Shown: piece after piece, positions 27,260 to 35,739 of the stretch
Position numbering within the stretch: position 1 is the stretch's first letter
How the letters are laid out: each line of letters starts with the position of its first letter
Source of the DNA: Candidatus Hydrogenedentota bacterium
GTDB lineage: Bacteria; Hydrogenedentota; Hydrogenedentia; Hydrogenedentales; SLHB01
Direction of reading: 5' to 3'
NCBI GenBank assembly: GCA_034408725.1
Contig: JAWXCN010000235.1
Span: 1-35,739, forward strand
Length of the DNA: 35,739 bases
Notes under the pieces: model-generated
Seen by the model: the letters and a program-made list of their open reading frames with translations, nothing else
What the model was told of the DNA's origin: nothing
The model's database searches: none
Translations under genes and position numbers: made by a program

Positions 27260-28660
27260 ATGTCTGGCAACGGCAACACTCATTCTCCCGCTCCTAGCAC
27301 ACGTTACCCGGTGGTATCGTTTGAACCGGGCCGCACGGAAGCGGAACAACGGCGCAAATCATTTCCCTATAAATTTCCGCTCGACCCGCGTCACATGGGC
27401 GGCAAGTTTACCGTCGAAGAAAATGCGCGGCGGCTGTTGCGGTTCTTCTATTTCGAGCGGCGGCTCTCGCATGCGCTCGGATCGTGGACGCTTGCGATCC
27501 CCGAATTCGAGGTGAAGCTTGAGACGGGCCGTCACATTTTCTATCACGCTGACGCGGCGAGCGCATTCCGCACGCGTTTGAACGAACAGGAAATCGGACT
27601 TCGCACAATCGATGGCTACCGCGACGCGGAAATTGATCGCTTCATCGAGGAAATGCTTTCCGCCGCGGATGCGCCAGAATTGTTGGTGGGCGTGCATCAG
27701 GTCGCCGCGCGCGCGCTGGCAACGGCGTATCATCATCATATCGACGATACTTGTCCTGTCACCGACGCGCCGACGATTCGCGCGTTACAACGGGTTCTCG
27801 TTGACTACCCGCCGACGCTTGCGTGGGCCGACGCGGCGCTTGCGGCGTATATCGACGGCGGCGTAGACGAAAACCGGCTCGCGGCATGGCGCTGGCATTT
27901 GCAGGACCTGCTCAAAAGCATCGGCGGCGTCACCGGCGCTGATTCCCAGACCGCATCGCCGGTAAAACTACGGAGCGCGGAAAAACCGTATGAGCGCAAC
28001 ACCGTGCCGCAGCGCGACTCGCGATTCACGACGTTTCACCACACCGGCGACTACGATGTCGCCGATGGCACGCCGCGATTCGACAAAGATTCGTATGAAG
28101 GATTGCGGTTGCGCTTCATCCGCACACAACGCGATGAAGTGGACGCGATCGAAGCCTTCGGCACGTTCCTGTGGGACATCCGCTTCAAAGACTTCAAAGC
28201 AGAGTACGACCTCGCGCGCATCACCTGGGACGAAGCGCGCCACACGGAGATCGGTCATCGCACGCTGCTTGTCAGCGGCTACGACCCCTTTGAACTACCC
28301 AACCGCCTCACCGGCTCGACCTGCCGCGGCCCCATGGAACCGGCATTCGCAATGGCGGAGATTAACCTCTTCGGCGAAGTCGGCGTCCTCAAAACGATTA
28401 ACAGCCTCATTGACAAAGCCCGCGAAGAAAACGACACCGTCCTCGCGCATGCGGCCGACTTCATTCGCTCCGACGAACGCACGCATGTGAAAAAGGGCCA
28501 ACACATCCTCGGCGTCATGACCGACCTCGGCAATCAGGAACTCGAACTGCGCACGCGGGAATTGTTCACTGAATGCCTCATCAGCCTTGGAGCAATCGCT
28601 TCGGACATGGATTTGTTCACGGTAAGTAGAGAAGATTTGGAGCATTTGGTGGGCGAGTGA
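27260..28660 (+). CDS. Ferritin-like di-iron protein (DUF455-like C-domain) with degenerate N-terminal ferritin-like domain
   Basis: GGAGGA RBS; the C-half has the E...DEARH...E...DERTH four-helix-bundle ligand pattern. Confidence 0.8.
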   Translation: MSGNGNTHSPAPSTRYPVVSFEPGRTEAEQRRKSFPYKFPLDPRHMGGKFTVEENARRLLRFFYFERRLSHALGSWTLAIPEFEVKLETGRHIFYHADAASAFRTRLNEQEIGLRTIDGYRDAEIDRFIEEMLSAADAPELLVGVHQVAARALATAYHHHIDDTCPVTDAPTIRALQRVLVDYPPTLAWADAALAAYIDGGVDENRLAAWRWHLQDLLKSIGGVTGADSQTASPVKLRSAEKPYERNTVPQRDSRFTTFHHTGDYDVADGTPRFDKDSYEGLRLRFIRTQRDEVDAIEAFGTFLWDIRFKDFKAEYDLARITWDEARHTEIGHRTLLVSGYDPFELPNRLTGSTCRGPMEPAFAMAEINLFGEVGVLKTINSLIDKAREENDTVLAHAADFIRSDERTHVKKGQHILGVMTDLGNQELELRTRELFTECLISLGAIASDMDLFTVSREDLEHLVGE

Positions 28661-28826
28661 GTCTGCCCTTGTTCCCAAGCTGGAAGCTGGAACGAGGAGC
28701 GAACGAGACGAGGTTAGTGCATTGTCACGCCACGTGCTGGTCCATTTCCTCGCTGCTGGTAGTCCTCCGGCAACTGCTGTTCGGGTTACCAAGCTTGAAC
28801 CTCCTGCTCGGATTACTCTGATGCCT

Positions 28827-28853
28827 GGGAGGGCGCTCGTCCCCGAGCGCCCT
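28827..28853. repeat. REP-like palindrome (same family as 7010-7115)
   Basis: GGGAGGGCGCTCGTCCCCGAGCGCCCT. Confidence 0.7.
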
Positions 28854-28899
28854 CATGTCCGGTGACGACGCGCCACGCGGAGACTGTCTGCTACACACC

Positions 28900-30156
28900 C
28901 TAGTTTTCGGGGGTGTAAGAAAGTGCCCAATCCAGCACCGGATCGCGCCCGGCCTTGAAATCTTCCCACGCGGGGTCGATCCGCTGATCAGGCATCACTG
29001 CCGGCGCGTCCTCATCCAAAAACTTGTAGTACCGCGTTGAGTAGGAGACGACAATGCCGGAGTTCGGCAGCGTCATTTCGTCATTCTCCGAATAACTGTT
29101 GGGCCGCTCACCAATCGGTTCGCCGACAAGAATCGCGTTCGTGTCCTTCTTGAAATCGATTGCATTCACCATTGCCGCGGAAAACGTCCGTCGTCCAATA
29201 AGCACAAAGAGGTTGCCCTTTTGGTTGAGTTCGGGCCGCTTTTTGATGCCGGAGAGTAAATTGAGCCGGCCCTTCCAAAAGTCACCGCCGCCGTTCTGCC
29301 GCAAATCGATAACGAGACGTTTTGTCGGATTACTGTCAACAAGCTCAAAGAGTTTCCGGGCATCTTCGACGAGCGAATCGTACTTCCTGAAATTCGCGTA
29401 GACGGTATCCGTCTCCGGCAGATACGTGAACCAGAACGCCTCACCCGGCTTCTTCCGGAACAAGGGTTCCTCCTGCCCCAAAGTCACCATCCGCGCGTTC
29501 ATCGCAGGGTCCGCGGCGACGGGCACGATGTCGAGCGCAAACTGCTTTCCGTCTTCGCTAGCAAACGTGAATGACGCGCGATTCAGCTCCGGCACTATTT
29601 CCAGTGCGTGCAACACCTCCGGACGCAACATGAAACTCGGGCTCGCGCTCATCACGTACCACTCGTTCTCCCCCTGGCAAATTACGGTGAGTAGCCGCTT
29701 CTGGACCTCGCCGATGTCCACGTCGCCAATCTTCACAATCCGCGCGCCCACCGCGTCCTTATATGCAGGCGCCGCCCGTGTCACCCGCAATTCGTCCCCA
29801 AACCAGAACGCCGCAATCGGGTAAATGGCGAACGCCTGCGGCATGCGGACGCCGGTGTGGCCGTCGCCAATTTTCGCCGTAATCTTCTGCATGCCAATCA
29901 CGATTTCGTGATTTTCCAGCGAAGGGATCGCCGCGTCGAGCGCAGCCACGTCCCGCTCAAACTCCTCCTGCGAAATCCGGTGGTAGAGGTTCTTGTGCCG
30001 TGCCGGCAATTCCCGCGCGAAATACGCCACGTCCTCGTGCCACTGCTCCTTCGTCAGCGCGAGGACTTCCACCTGCTTTTCCTCCGCGCACGACGTCACC
30101 GGCAAAACCCCGCCAATCACCGACAACAACACCACCGCACGAATTGATGACCGCAT
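28900..30156 (-). CDS. Peptidase S41-like exported protein
   Basis: Signal peptide; DGHT, IDLRQNGGG, GRRTFSAA (nucleophile Ser), LVGEP and PDQRI motifs. Confidence 0.85.
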   Translation of the reverse strand: MRSSIRAVVLLSVIGGVLPVTSCAEEKQVEVLALTKEQWHEDVAYFARELPARHKNLYHRISQEEFERDVAALDAAIPSLENHEIVIGMQKITAKIGDGHTGVRMPQAFAIYPIAAFWFGDELRVTRAAPAYKDAVGARIVKIGDVDIGEVQKRLLTVICQGENEWYVMSASPSFMLRPEVLHALEIVPELNRASFTFASEDGKQFALDIVPVAADPAMNARMVTLGQEEPLFRKKPGEAFWFTYLPETDTVYANFRKYDSLVEDARKLFELVDSNPTKRLVIDLRQNGGGDFWKGRLNLLSGIKKRPELNQKGNLFVLIGRRTFSAAMVNAIDFKKDTNAILVGEPIGERPNSYSENDEMTLPNSGIVVSYSTRYYKFLDEDAPAVMPDQRIDPAWEDFKAGRDPVLDWALSYTPEN

Positions 30157-30346
30157 ATGAACCGCTCCCGAAGTTTCCGCACCGCCGCCCCACAATGCCG
30201 CTTATTTTTGACGCGTCAAACATGGAAAGGGTTTAGTCTAAGCCCCTCGTTCCCGAAGCTCCCATGCGCCGACCGTAGGTCTCCAATGTGGCGCGGATCT
30301 CCGATGCGGCGTTCCTGGATCGAGTCTCAGTTATCGGACATGCGTT

Positions 30347-30372
30347 CGCCGAATCGGAATTCAGCGCTACAT
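30347..30372 (-). repeat. GTAG-type REP-like palindrome (copy 1)
   Basis: Reverse complement ATGTAGCGCTGAATTCCGATTCGGCG; related copies at 30601-30626 and 31996-32027. Confidence 0.75.
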
Positions 30373-30460
30373 CAATCGATGTATTTCTTTATAGATTAGG
30401 CGAGGATGTTGCAGTGGGGTTGGAGATTAATTTAAGGGGTATTTATGGATTTGCGTAGAA

Positions 30461-30545
30461 TGGACGGGCACGGACGGACACGGACTGACACGGACTAACA
30501 CGGACTGAATGGACTGAGTGGACGAAGCGGACAGGGTGGACGGGG
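30461..30545 (+). repeat. GGAC-core tandem repeat (10-mers grading into 9-mers)
   Basis: TGGACGGGCA CGGACGGACA CGGACTGACA CGGACTAACA CGGACTGAA TGGACTGAG TGGACGAAG CGGACAGGG TGGACGGGG. Confidence 0.85.
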
Positions 30546-30600
30546 AGTTGAGGCAGACGTCGTTGGCGTGGTCAGACGGCGCTCGGTAAAGATGGGGTTA

Positions 30601-30626
30601 ATGTAGCGCTGAATTCCGGTTTGGCG
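30601..30626 (+). repeat. GTAG-type REP-like palindrome (copy 2)
   Basis: ATGTAGCGCTGAATTCCGGTTTGGCG; 2 mismatches to copy 1. Confidence 0.72.
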
Positions 30627-30664
30627 CGTGCCGGAGCCGTTAGTTGCACAAGGTTTCCACGTAA

Positions 30665-30889
30665 ATGACGCACCTGTTAACGCTTGAAATTGGGTTAAAG
30701 CCATTAGAAATCAAGGCACTCAAAAAAATTGTTGAGACTCGGGACCAAGGTTGCACTTTAGATGCACTTGACGGATTTATTCATAATCGCCACGTTGAGC
30801 CAACAGAGTCGGAGCTTCGCGCGATTGTAAAGATGATCGAACCTCTATTGCGCATCACACTTGGCCGCATCGAGCCGTTTTCTCCATGA
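30665..30889 (+). pseudogene. C-terminal remnant of a HEPN-like methylase partner protein
   Basis: TLDALDGFIHN..VEPT...L..I...IEPLL resembles HEPN-like C-termini; ATGA overlap with the methylase; in-frame TAA directly upstream and no RBS. Confidence 0.55.
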
Positions 30890-31743
30890 AATTTATAACA
30901 CCTCTAAGATACCCCGGTGGTAAGGCGAGATTAGCGAGCGCGCTCGCTGATGTGATGGACGCTAACGGGCTAGTTGAGCCAGCGATGGCCGAACCATTTG
31001 CCGGGGGGGCCGGAGCGTCGCTTGAACTTCTATTTTCCGAAAAAGTCCGTTCGATTGCCATTAATGACTTAGACTATCGAATATTCGCATTCTGGTGGGC
31101 AATTCTTAATCACCCCGATCTGTTTTTGGAAGAGATTGAGAACTCGAAATTGTCGATTAAAGAATGGCGACGGCAGCGCGACATCTACCGAAATGCGCGG
31201 AAACACAAGCGTTTTGATGTAGGTTTCGCAACATTTTATCTAAATCGAACAAACAGATCGGGTATTCTGGTTAATGGGGGCCCGATAGGCGGGTTCCATC
31301 AGTCTGGAGAGTGGCGTCTTTCCGCTCGGTTTAACAAGTCGACCTTGAAAAGCCGGATTGAACGAATCACAGTATACAGGGATCGGATATCTCTTTATAA
31401 CCTTGACGCGATGGAGTTCGTTGATCTGCTAACTAAGAAGAACAAAAAGAATTTGTTTGTATATTTAGACCCTCCATACTACGAACAGGGAGCGCATCTC
31501 TATCTCTCTAAATATTCTCATGACGATCACGTTGCAATAGGAAAAATAATAATGCGTTGCCCGGACCTTAATTGGGTAATGACGTACGACGACGTTCCTC
31601 AAATTCGCGCCATTTACAAAGGATGCAGGATCAAGAAATTTTCGCTGAGATATACTGCGCAACGACGCCGAGAGGGTGAAGAGGTATTAATCGCTCCTAA
31701 AAGCATGGCGTTGCCAAAGAGAATTAGGTCTAACGGTTCATAA
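30886..31743 (+). CDS. D12-class (Dam-family) N6-adenine DNA methyltransferase
   Basis: TPLRYPGGK, EPFAGGAG (motif I), INDLD, FYLNRTNRSG and YLDPPYY (motif IV); AT-richer than its flanks. Confidence 0.95.
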   Translation: MKFITPLRYPGGKARLASALADVMDANGLVEPAMAEPFAGGAGASLELLFSEKVRSIAINDLDYRIFAFWWAILNHPDLFLEEIENSKLSIKEWRRQRDIYRNARKHKRFDVGFATFYLNRTNRSGILVNGGPIGGFHQSGEWRLSARFNKSTLKSRIERITVYRDRISLYNLDAMEFVDLLTKKNKKNLFVYLDPPYYEQGAHLYLSKYSHDDHVAIGKIIMRCPDLNWVMTYDDVPQIRAIYKGCRIKKFSLRYTAQRRREGEEVLIAPKSMALPKRIRSNGS

Positions 31744-31995
31744 CTTACACCTAACAGCCCGTGCAGAAGTGATTTTGATGATCACGCGAGTGGGCGGTGC
31801 CGGTTTCATGGTGGGTTTGAATTGACGGGTGAGTCGAAGGGGAACCGGAACCATGTCGTCCGTTGTGGAAGTCGTGTCCGTGCGCGGGGAGCGGACGTGC
31901 AGGCGATGCAGCCGAAGGAGCGGCCGACGTGTCCGTATGAGCGGACGGAGTACAACGCGCTGGTGACGGGTTGCCGGGGAAAACTCGTCGTAATC

Positions 31996-32027
31996 ATGTA
32001 GCGCCGAATCGTAATTCAGCGCTAAAT
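31996..32027. repeat. GTAG-type REP-like palindrome (copy 3)
   Basis: ATGTAGCGCCGAATCGTAATTCAGCGCTAAAT; its reverse complement matches copies 1 and 2. Confidence 0.72.
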
Positions 32028-32072
32028 CGAACTTTGCGCAACGCGACGGCGGGAAGGGTGCCGACGAGTGTG

Positions 32073-33512
32073 TTACCCGACACCCCATTCGCCTTCTTGC
32101 GAGGGCTGCTGGAAAATTCTGCGGCGGTCGGTTTCCATCATGCTCGGGCGGCGCTTTAGCGAGGCTTCGATTTTTGGGAACCCTTGAAACCGCGCGCTGG
32201 ATTTTTCGTAGCGTTCGATCAGGTGCAGATACATCATGAGGCGCGCGGTGCGGAACTGGCGCGGCGAGGAACAGTAGATGCTCATGCCGCATTCGGCGGC
32301 TTGCTGAATCGGGTCGGTAAATGCGCTTGGTGTCCGCGAGTCCTTTTCCGACCAATCAAACAGGTCAAGCTCTTCATTTTTGGGTTGTGCGTTGGTGGCC
32401 GACGCGTCGAACTCGAGGTTGAGGCGTTCGTAGGTGTCGATGAGTTGATCGAGCCAGTGGAGGATGGCGCGGTAGCCTTCGTCGGCAATATCGAGGTCGA
32501 TGCTGATGTCATCGACGTTTGCGGCAGTCCGTTGCGAAAGGTAGATGCACCGTTCCTCGTTGCGTTCGGGGATCATGCGGACGCGGGCCTTTTCCGCGGC
32601 GTCGCCGTAGTTGAAGCTTTCGAGGATGGTGGGGATGGTGAATTTGGTTTTCGACAGCAACGCGAGCTCACGCAACAACGGCCCGGCGAGTCCATCCTGC
32701 TCGAATGTCGCTTCGAGTGGCGGTGCTGGCGCGAAGAGTGCCGCGTCCCATGCGTGATGCGCGTCGGTGAAGAGGCCCGTGAGCTGCCGGCCAAGTCCTT
32801 CCGACCGGCCATTGACCGCGAGGGTCATGAGCCGCGCAAAATCCTGGGCGGGTTGCCAACCGGGTTTTCGCGCGAGATCGCGTTCGACGATGTAGCGCAA
32901 GGTCATCAGGCGGTCCATCGCGAGCCACGCGGTTTCTTCGGGAGTGCGCCAATCGACGCACAGGGTTTCGGACCAGCGTTGCGCCCATTCGCGCAACTGG
33001 CGCGCAGTGTAGCTTCGCGGTTGGCGCCGTACCTCTTCGAGGGACCCGGCCAGGACACGTTCCTTGCGCAGCACATCGCCGAATTCCTGGGAAAATTGCG
33101 CTGGCGCATCGGCGTACAGCAGCAACTCGTCGGTGCGGGCATCGTAGAGGTAGGACCGGAACAGATCGGTGACGAAGGCATAGCCCGCGCCGAAGAACCG
33201 GTTCGTATCTACCAGCGAGCGCGTGGTTTCGCAGAAATCGAGCCCCCGCTTAATGACGGCGGCAGGAGGTTCGAGCATTCCGGGTAAAACGAAATATGTG
33301 ACCATCGGCACGCCGGTACTCAGGCGAATGACGTTTGCCGTGGTCGAGGCTTGGCCCGGCACTGCGGCCGGCTCAATCTGGTCGGGGTCCGTCCAGCCGT
33401 GGAGGACGAGAAACTTCTCGGCAAACCGGTGCTGGTCTTCCCGTGAAGAATCGGCGAGGCGTTCCCACCACGACTCGCACAGGCGCTGGATGTCCATTCC
33501 GCTTCGCATCAT
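32073..33512 (-). CDS. Hypothetical protein; apparently catalytically degenerate type IIG (Eco57I-like) REase-MTase N-terminal scaffold
   Basis: Colinear motif echoes (FLVLHGW, AFVTDLFRSYLYD, ERVLAGSL, MDRLMTLRY.VERDL, LTGLF...WDAALF, RTARLMMYLHLIE, FPKIEASLK) but no PD-(D/E)xK, DPACGSG or NPPY. Confidence 0.72.
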   Translation of the reverse strand: MMRSGMDIQRLCESWWERLADSSREDQHRFAEKFLVLHGWTDPDQIEPAAVPGQASTTANVIRLSTGVPMVTYFVLPGMLEPPAAVIKRGLDFCETTRSLVDTNRFFGAGYAFVTDLFRSYLYDARTDELLLYADAPAQFSQEFGDVLRKERVLAGSLEEVRRQPRSYTARQLREWAQRWSETLCVDWRTPEETAWLAMDRLMTLRYIVERDLARKPGWQPAQDFARLMTLAVNGRSEGLGRQLTGLFTDAHHAWDAALFAPAPPLEATFEQDGLAGPLLRELALLSKTKFTIPTILESFNYGDAAEKARVRMIPERNEERCIYLSQRTAANVDDISIDLDIADEGYRAILHWLDQLIDTYERLNLEFDASATNAQPKNEELDLFDWSEKDSRTPSAFTDPIQQAAECGMSIYCSSPRQFRTARLMMYLHLIERYEKSSARFQGFPKIEASLKRRPSMMETDRRRIFQQPSQEGEWGVG

Positions 33513-33513
33513 G

Positions 33514-34119
33514 CTACGCCACACCCTTTGCTTTCGGGACGTTGTATCCCGCGGCCTCGATTCGCCGCCAGATGACGTCTTCCCGCCTACCCAACATATC
33601 CACACCGCGACGCAAAAATGCATCGATCCGCGGGTCGCCCCCGGCAAGGGCCAGCATGAACTCGTCCCGCGTCATGGTATCTATCGGCAAAAGGTCCGTA
33701 GACCCAATCTCCGGCGCGCGGCGTCCGGTGTAGATGAGCAACATTCGGGACTGCTCCTCGTCATGGACCAGGAGAATGATGGAAGAATCAAGTGCCGCTT
33801 CGCCGCGAATCCGGTCGAGTGGGGGGCCTGCTCGCAAGAAGAGGTTCCGCAGGTCCTGGAACAGAATGAATTGGGTATCGACCTGGTAGTACGTGCGGTT
33901 GCCTTCGCTGCGGCGGTAAAGCAACCGGATTTTGGAAAGGCGTTCCAACTCACGTTGCACGGCGCGGATGGGGAGGGCGGTGGCCGTTTCGATTTGGCGC
34001 TGGTAATAGTCTCGGGTGGGGTCGATGAGGAAGAGGCGCAGGACTTCGGCGCGCGCTCCCGACCCGAGGAGAGCGGCGAGCGTTTCATTGCCGCGCGGTG
34101 TTTTAGCAGTTCGACCCAT
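33514..34119 (-). CDS. Winged-HTH protein with degenerate C-terminal nucleotidyltransferase-like domain
   Basis: LLGSGARAEVLRLFL...YQRQI...AVQRELERL...GNRTYYQ...LFQDLRNL is the wHTH of HTH-MNT fusions. The C-part keeps IDTMTRDEF..GDP but lacks GS/DxD. Confidence 0.85.
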   Translation of the reverse strand: MGRTAKTPRGNETLAALLGSGARAEVLRLFLIDPTRDYYQRQIETATALPIRAVQRELERLSKIRLLYRRSEGNRTYYQVDTQFILFQDLRNLFLRAGPPLDRIRGEAALDSSIILLVHDEEQSRMLLIYTGRRAPEIGSTDLLPIDTMTRDEFMLALAGGDPRIDAFLRRGVDMLGRREDVIWRRIEAAGYNVPKAKGVA

Positions 34120-34190
34120 CGTCAAGGCTACACAGTTTCCAGCTTACCCACTCAACCGAATACACGTCCCAACCACTCCCTAGCAGTCGA

Positions 34191-34219
34191 AGAATACAGA
34201 ATGTAGTCGATGCTGTCAA
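34191..34219 (-). promoter_or_regulatory. sigma70-type promoter of the wHTH operon
   Basis: TTGACA-17 nt-TATTCT on the minus strand, ~70 nt upstream of the ATG. Confidence 0.75.
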
Positions 34220-34334
34220 GAGCGATTTTTTATCGCCTACGGTTTGTGGTGTGTCCGACCTATCCTCGTGGAATTTCCCAGCGTACGCATCGGTACGCGG
34301 AAAACATGAACCTTACACAAATGTATTTTTTGAA

Positions 34335-34353
34335 TGCGTTGCATCACGACGCA
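34335..34353. promoter_or_regulatory. Possible enhancer-binding-protein site upstream of sigma54 promoter
   Basis: Imperfect palindrome TGCGTTG-N5-CGACGCA, ~90 bp upstream of the -24 box. Confidence 0.3.
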
Positions 34354-34440
34354 AAATCAATCCAAATCTTCCCGTGAATGGGCGCGAACACATTGATTTC
34401 GCTCGTAGAAAGCCGGTGTGGGGTCTCGGCGATTCCAGAG

Positions 34441-34457
34441 TTGGCACACCCATTGCA
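34441..34457 (+). promoter_or_regulatory. sigma54 (-24/-12) promoter of PII-amtB
   Basis: TTGGCAC-ACCCA-TTGCA consensus upstream of nitrogen-regulated genes. Confidence 0.88.
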
Positions 34458-34472
34458 CTTTGGCGCACTTAG

Positions 34473-34898
<426 letters not shown>

Positions 34899-34988
34899 CG
34901 GCGAGTGGGCCTGCGAAGCATAACAGATTGAAAACGGGAGCCCTGAACGCGGGTGGCGCGATCAGCGGGCATGGCAAGGAGAATTGAA

Positions 34989-35739
34989 ATGCGATTGTTT
35001 GGGTTGAACTTGGGGAAGACATTTACGGGGGGCGTGCTAACCATCGTCCTTCTGATGTTGATCGTAGGCGGGGCGCTGCCCGCGTTTGCGCAGGTGGAGG
35101 AAGGGGTGACGGTGGAGGTCGCCGCGCCGGCGGAAGCGCCTGCGCCGGTGCTGGACACGGGCAATACGGCGTGGATGCTGACGTCGATGGCGCTCGTGTT
35201 GTTTATGACCATCCCCGGCCTGTCGTTGTTCTATGGCGGGCTGGTGCGTAGCAAGAACGTGCTCTCGATACTCGTGCAGTGTTTCGCACTGACGGCGGTG
35301 ATGACGCTTGTGTGGGTAATCATCGGGTATTCGATCGCGTTCGATACCTCGGGGCCGTTGAACAAATATTTTGGCGGGTTTGGAAAGATTTTACTGAGTG
35401 GACTTACGGTGGAATCGTTGTCGGGCTCGATTCCCGAAACGGTGTTCATTGCGTTCCAATGCACCTTTGCAATCATCACGCCCGCGCTTATTGTTGGCGC
35501 ATTTGCCGAACGCATGAAGTTTTCGGCGGTAATGCTGTTTTGTATCCTGTGGTCCATCCTGGTGTATTGCCCGATTGCGCACATGGTCTGGAGCACCGGG
35601 GGATGGTTCTTCGACATGGGCGCGCTCGACTTCGCCGGTGGTACGGTCGTTCACATCAATGCTGGCGTTGCCGCGTTGGTGGGAGCGATTGTCGTGGGGA
35701 AACGCAAAGGATATCCGACGACGCCGATGGCGCCGCACA
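34989..35739 (+). CDS. amtB: Ammonium transporter (partial, runs off window end)
   Basis: Hand translation: signal peptide, then LDTGNTAWMLTSMALVLFMTIPGLSLFYGGLVRSKNVLS...FQCTFAIITPALIVGAFAERMKF...DFAGGTVVHINAG; AGGAG RBS. Absent from the ORF track because there is no stop in the window. Confidence 0.97.
   Translation, partial: MRLFGLNLGKTFTGGVLTIVLLMLIVGGALPAFAQVEEGVTVEVAAPAEAPAPVLDTGNTAWMLTSMALVLFMTIPGLSLFYGGLVRSKNVLSILVQCFALTAVMTLVWVIIGYSIAFDTSGPLNKYFGGFGKILLSGLTVESLSGSIPETVFIAFQCTFAIITPALIVGAFAERMKFSAVMLFCILWSILVYCPIAHMVWSTGGWFFDMGALDFAGGTVVHINAGVAALVGAIVVGKRKGYPTTPMAPH

Noticed and set aside
30639-31790. Integron cassette (GTTAGTT at 30639, ACCTAAC at ~31750)
   Set aside because: The core sites match imperfectly, no complete attC hairpin with a closing GTTRRRY could be built, and there is no integrase. 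IntegronFinder would settle it.
31744-31995. Short ORF fragments after the methylase, and the 31738-32355 ORF
   Set aside because: They have no recognisable motif or RBS; possibly gene debris, but this cannot be supported.
32184-34206. 367-aa and 327-aa plus-strand ORFs
   Set aside because: They lie antisense to the promoter-supported minus-strand operon and have no recognisable motifs.

Overview
This is a GC-rich bacterial chromosomal window. The gene styles suggest a PVC-like or Candidatus Hydrogenedentota-like organism, but that is inference only. It opens with the tuf 3' end, tRNA-Trp, secE, nusG, rplK and rplA, which run directly into metK instead of rplJ-rplL-rpoB. The middle holds a penicillin-acylase-family Ntn hydrolase, purD with a stand-alone IMP-cyclohydrolase (PurH N-domain) gene, an anaerobic sulfatase-maturase radical SAM enzyme, an SGNH hydrolase, tyrS, secreted proteins and lipoproteins (a GD-repeat protein, an M12-type metalloprotease, an S41-like peptidase), a decaying MNT-HEPN toxin-antitoxin patch, a GlnA-like gamma-glutamyl ligase, a ribose-type ABC transporter, a stand-alone 44-aa peptide gene and a double ferritin-like protein. 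It ends with an AT-richer Dam-type methylase patch and a sigma54-driven PII-amtB operon. The best candidate for an undescribed system is a promoter-equipped two-gene operon (32073-34119). It pairs a wHTH protein with a degenerate nucleotidyltransferase domain and a protein that aligns colinearly, by eye, with a type IIG restriction-modification enzyme but has lost its recognisable catalytic motifs. Other notable items are a tRNA-Trp with a 4-bp anticodon stem, a 290-bp hairpin element built from inverted heptamer arrays, and several REP/REPIN-like palindrome families, one of which brackets the methylase patch. All homology calls come from motif recognition by eye, not database searches.
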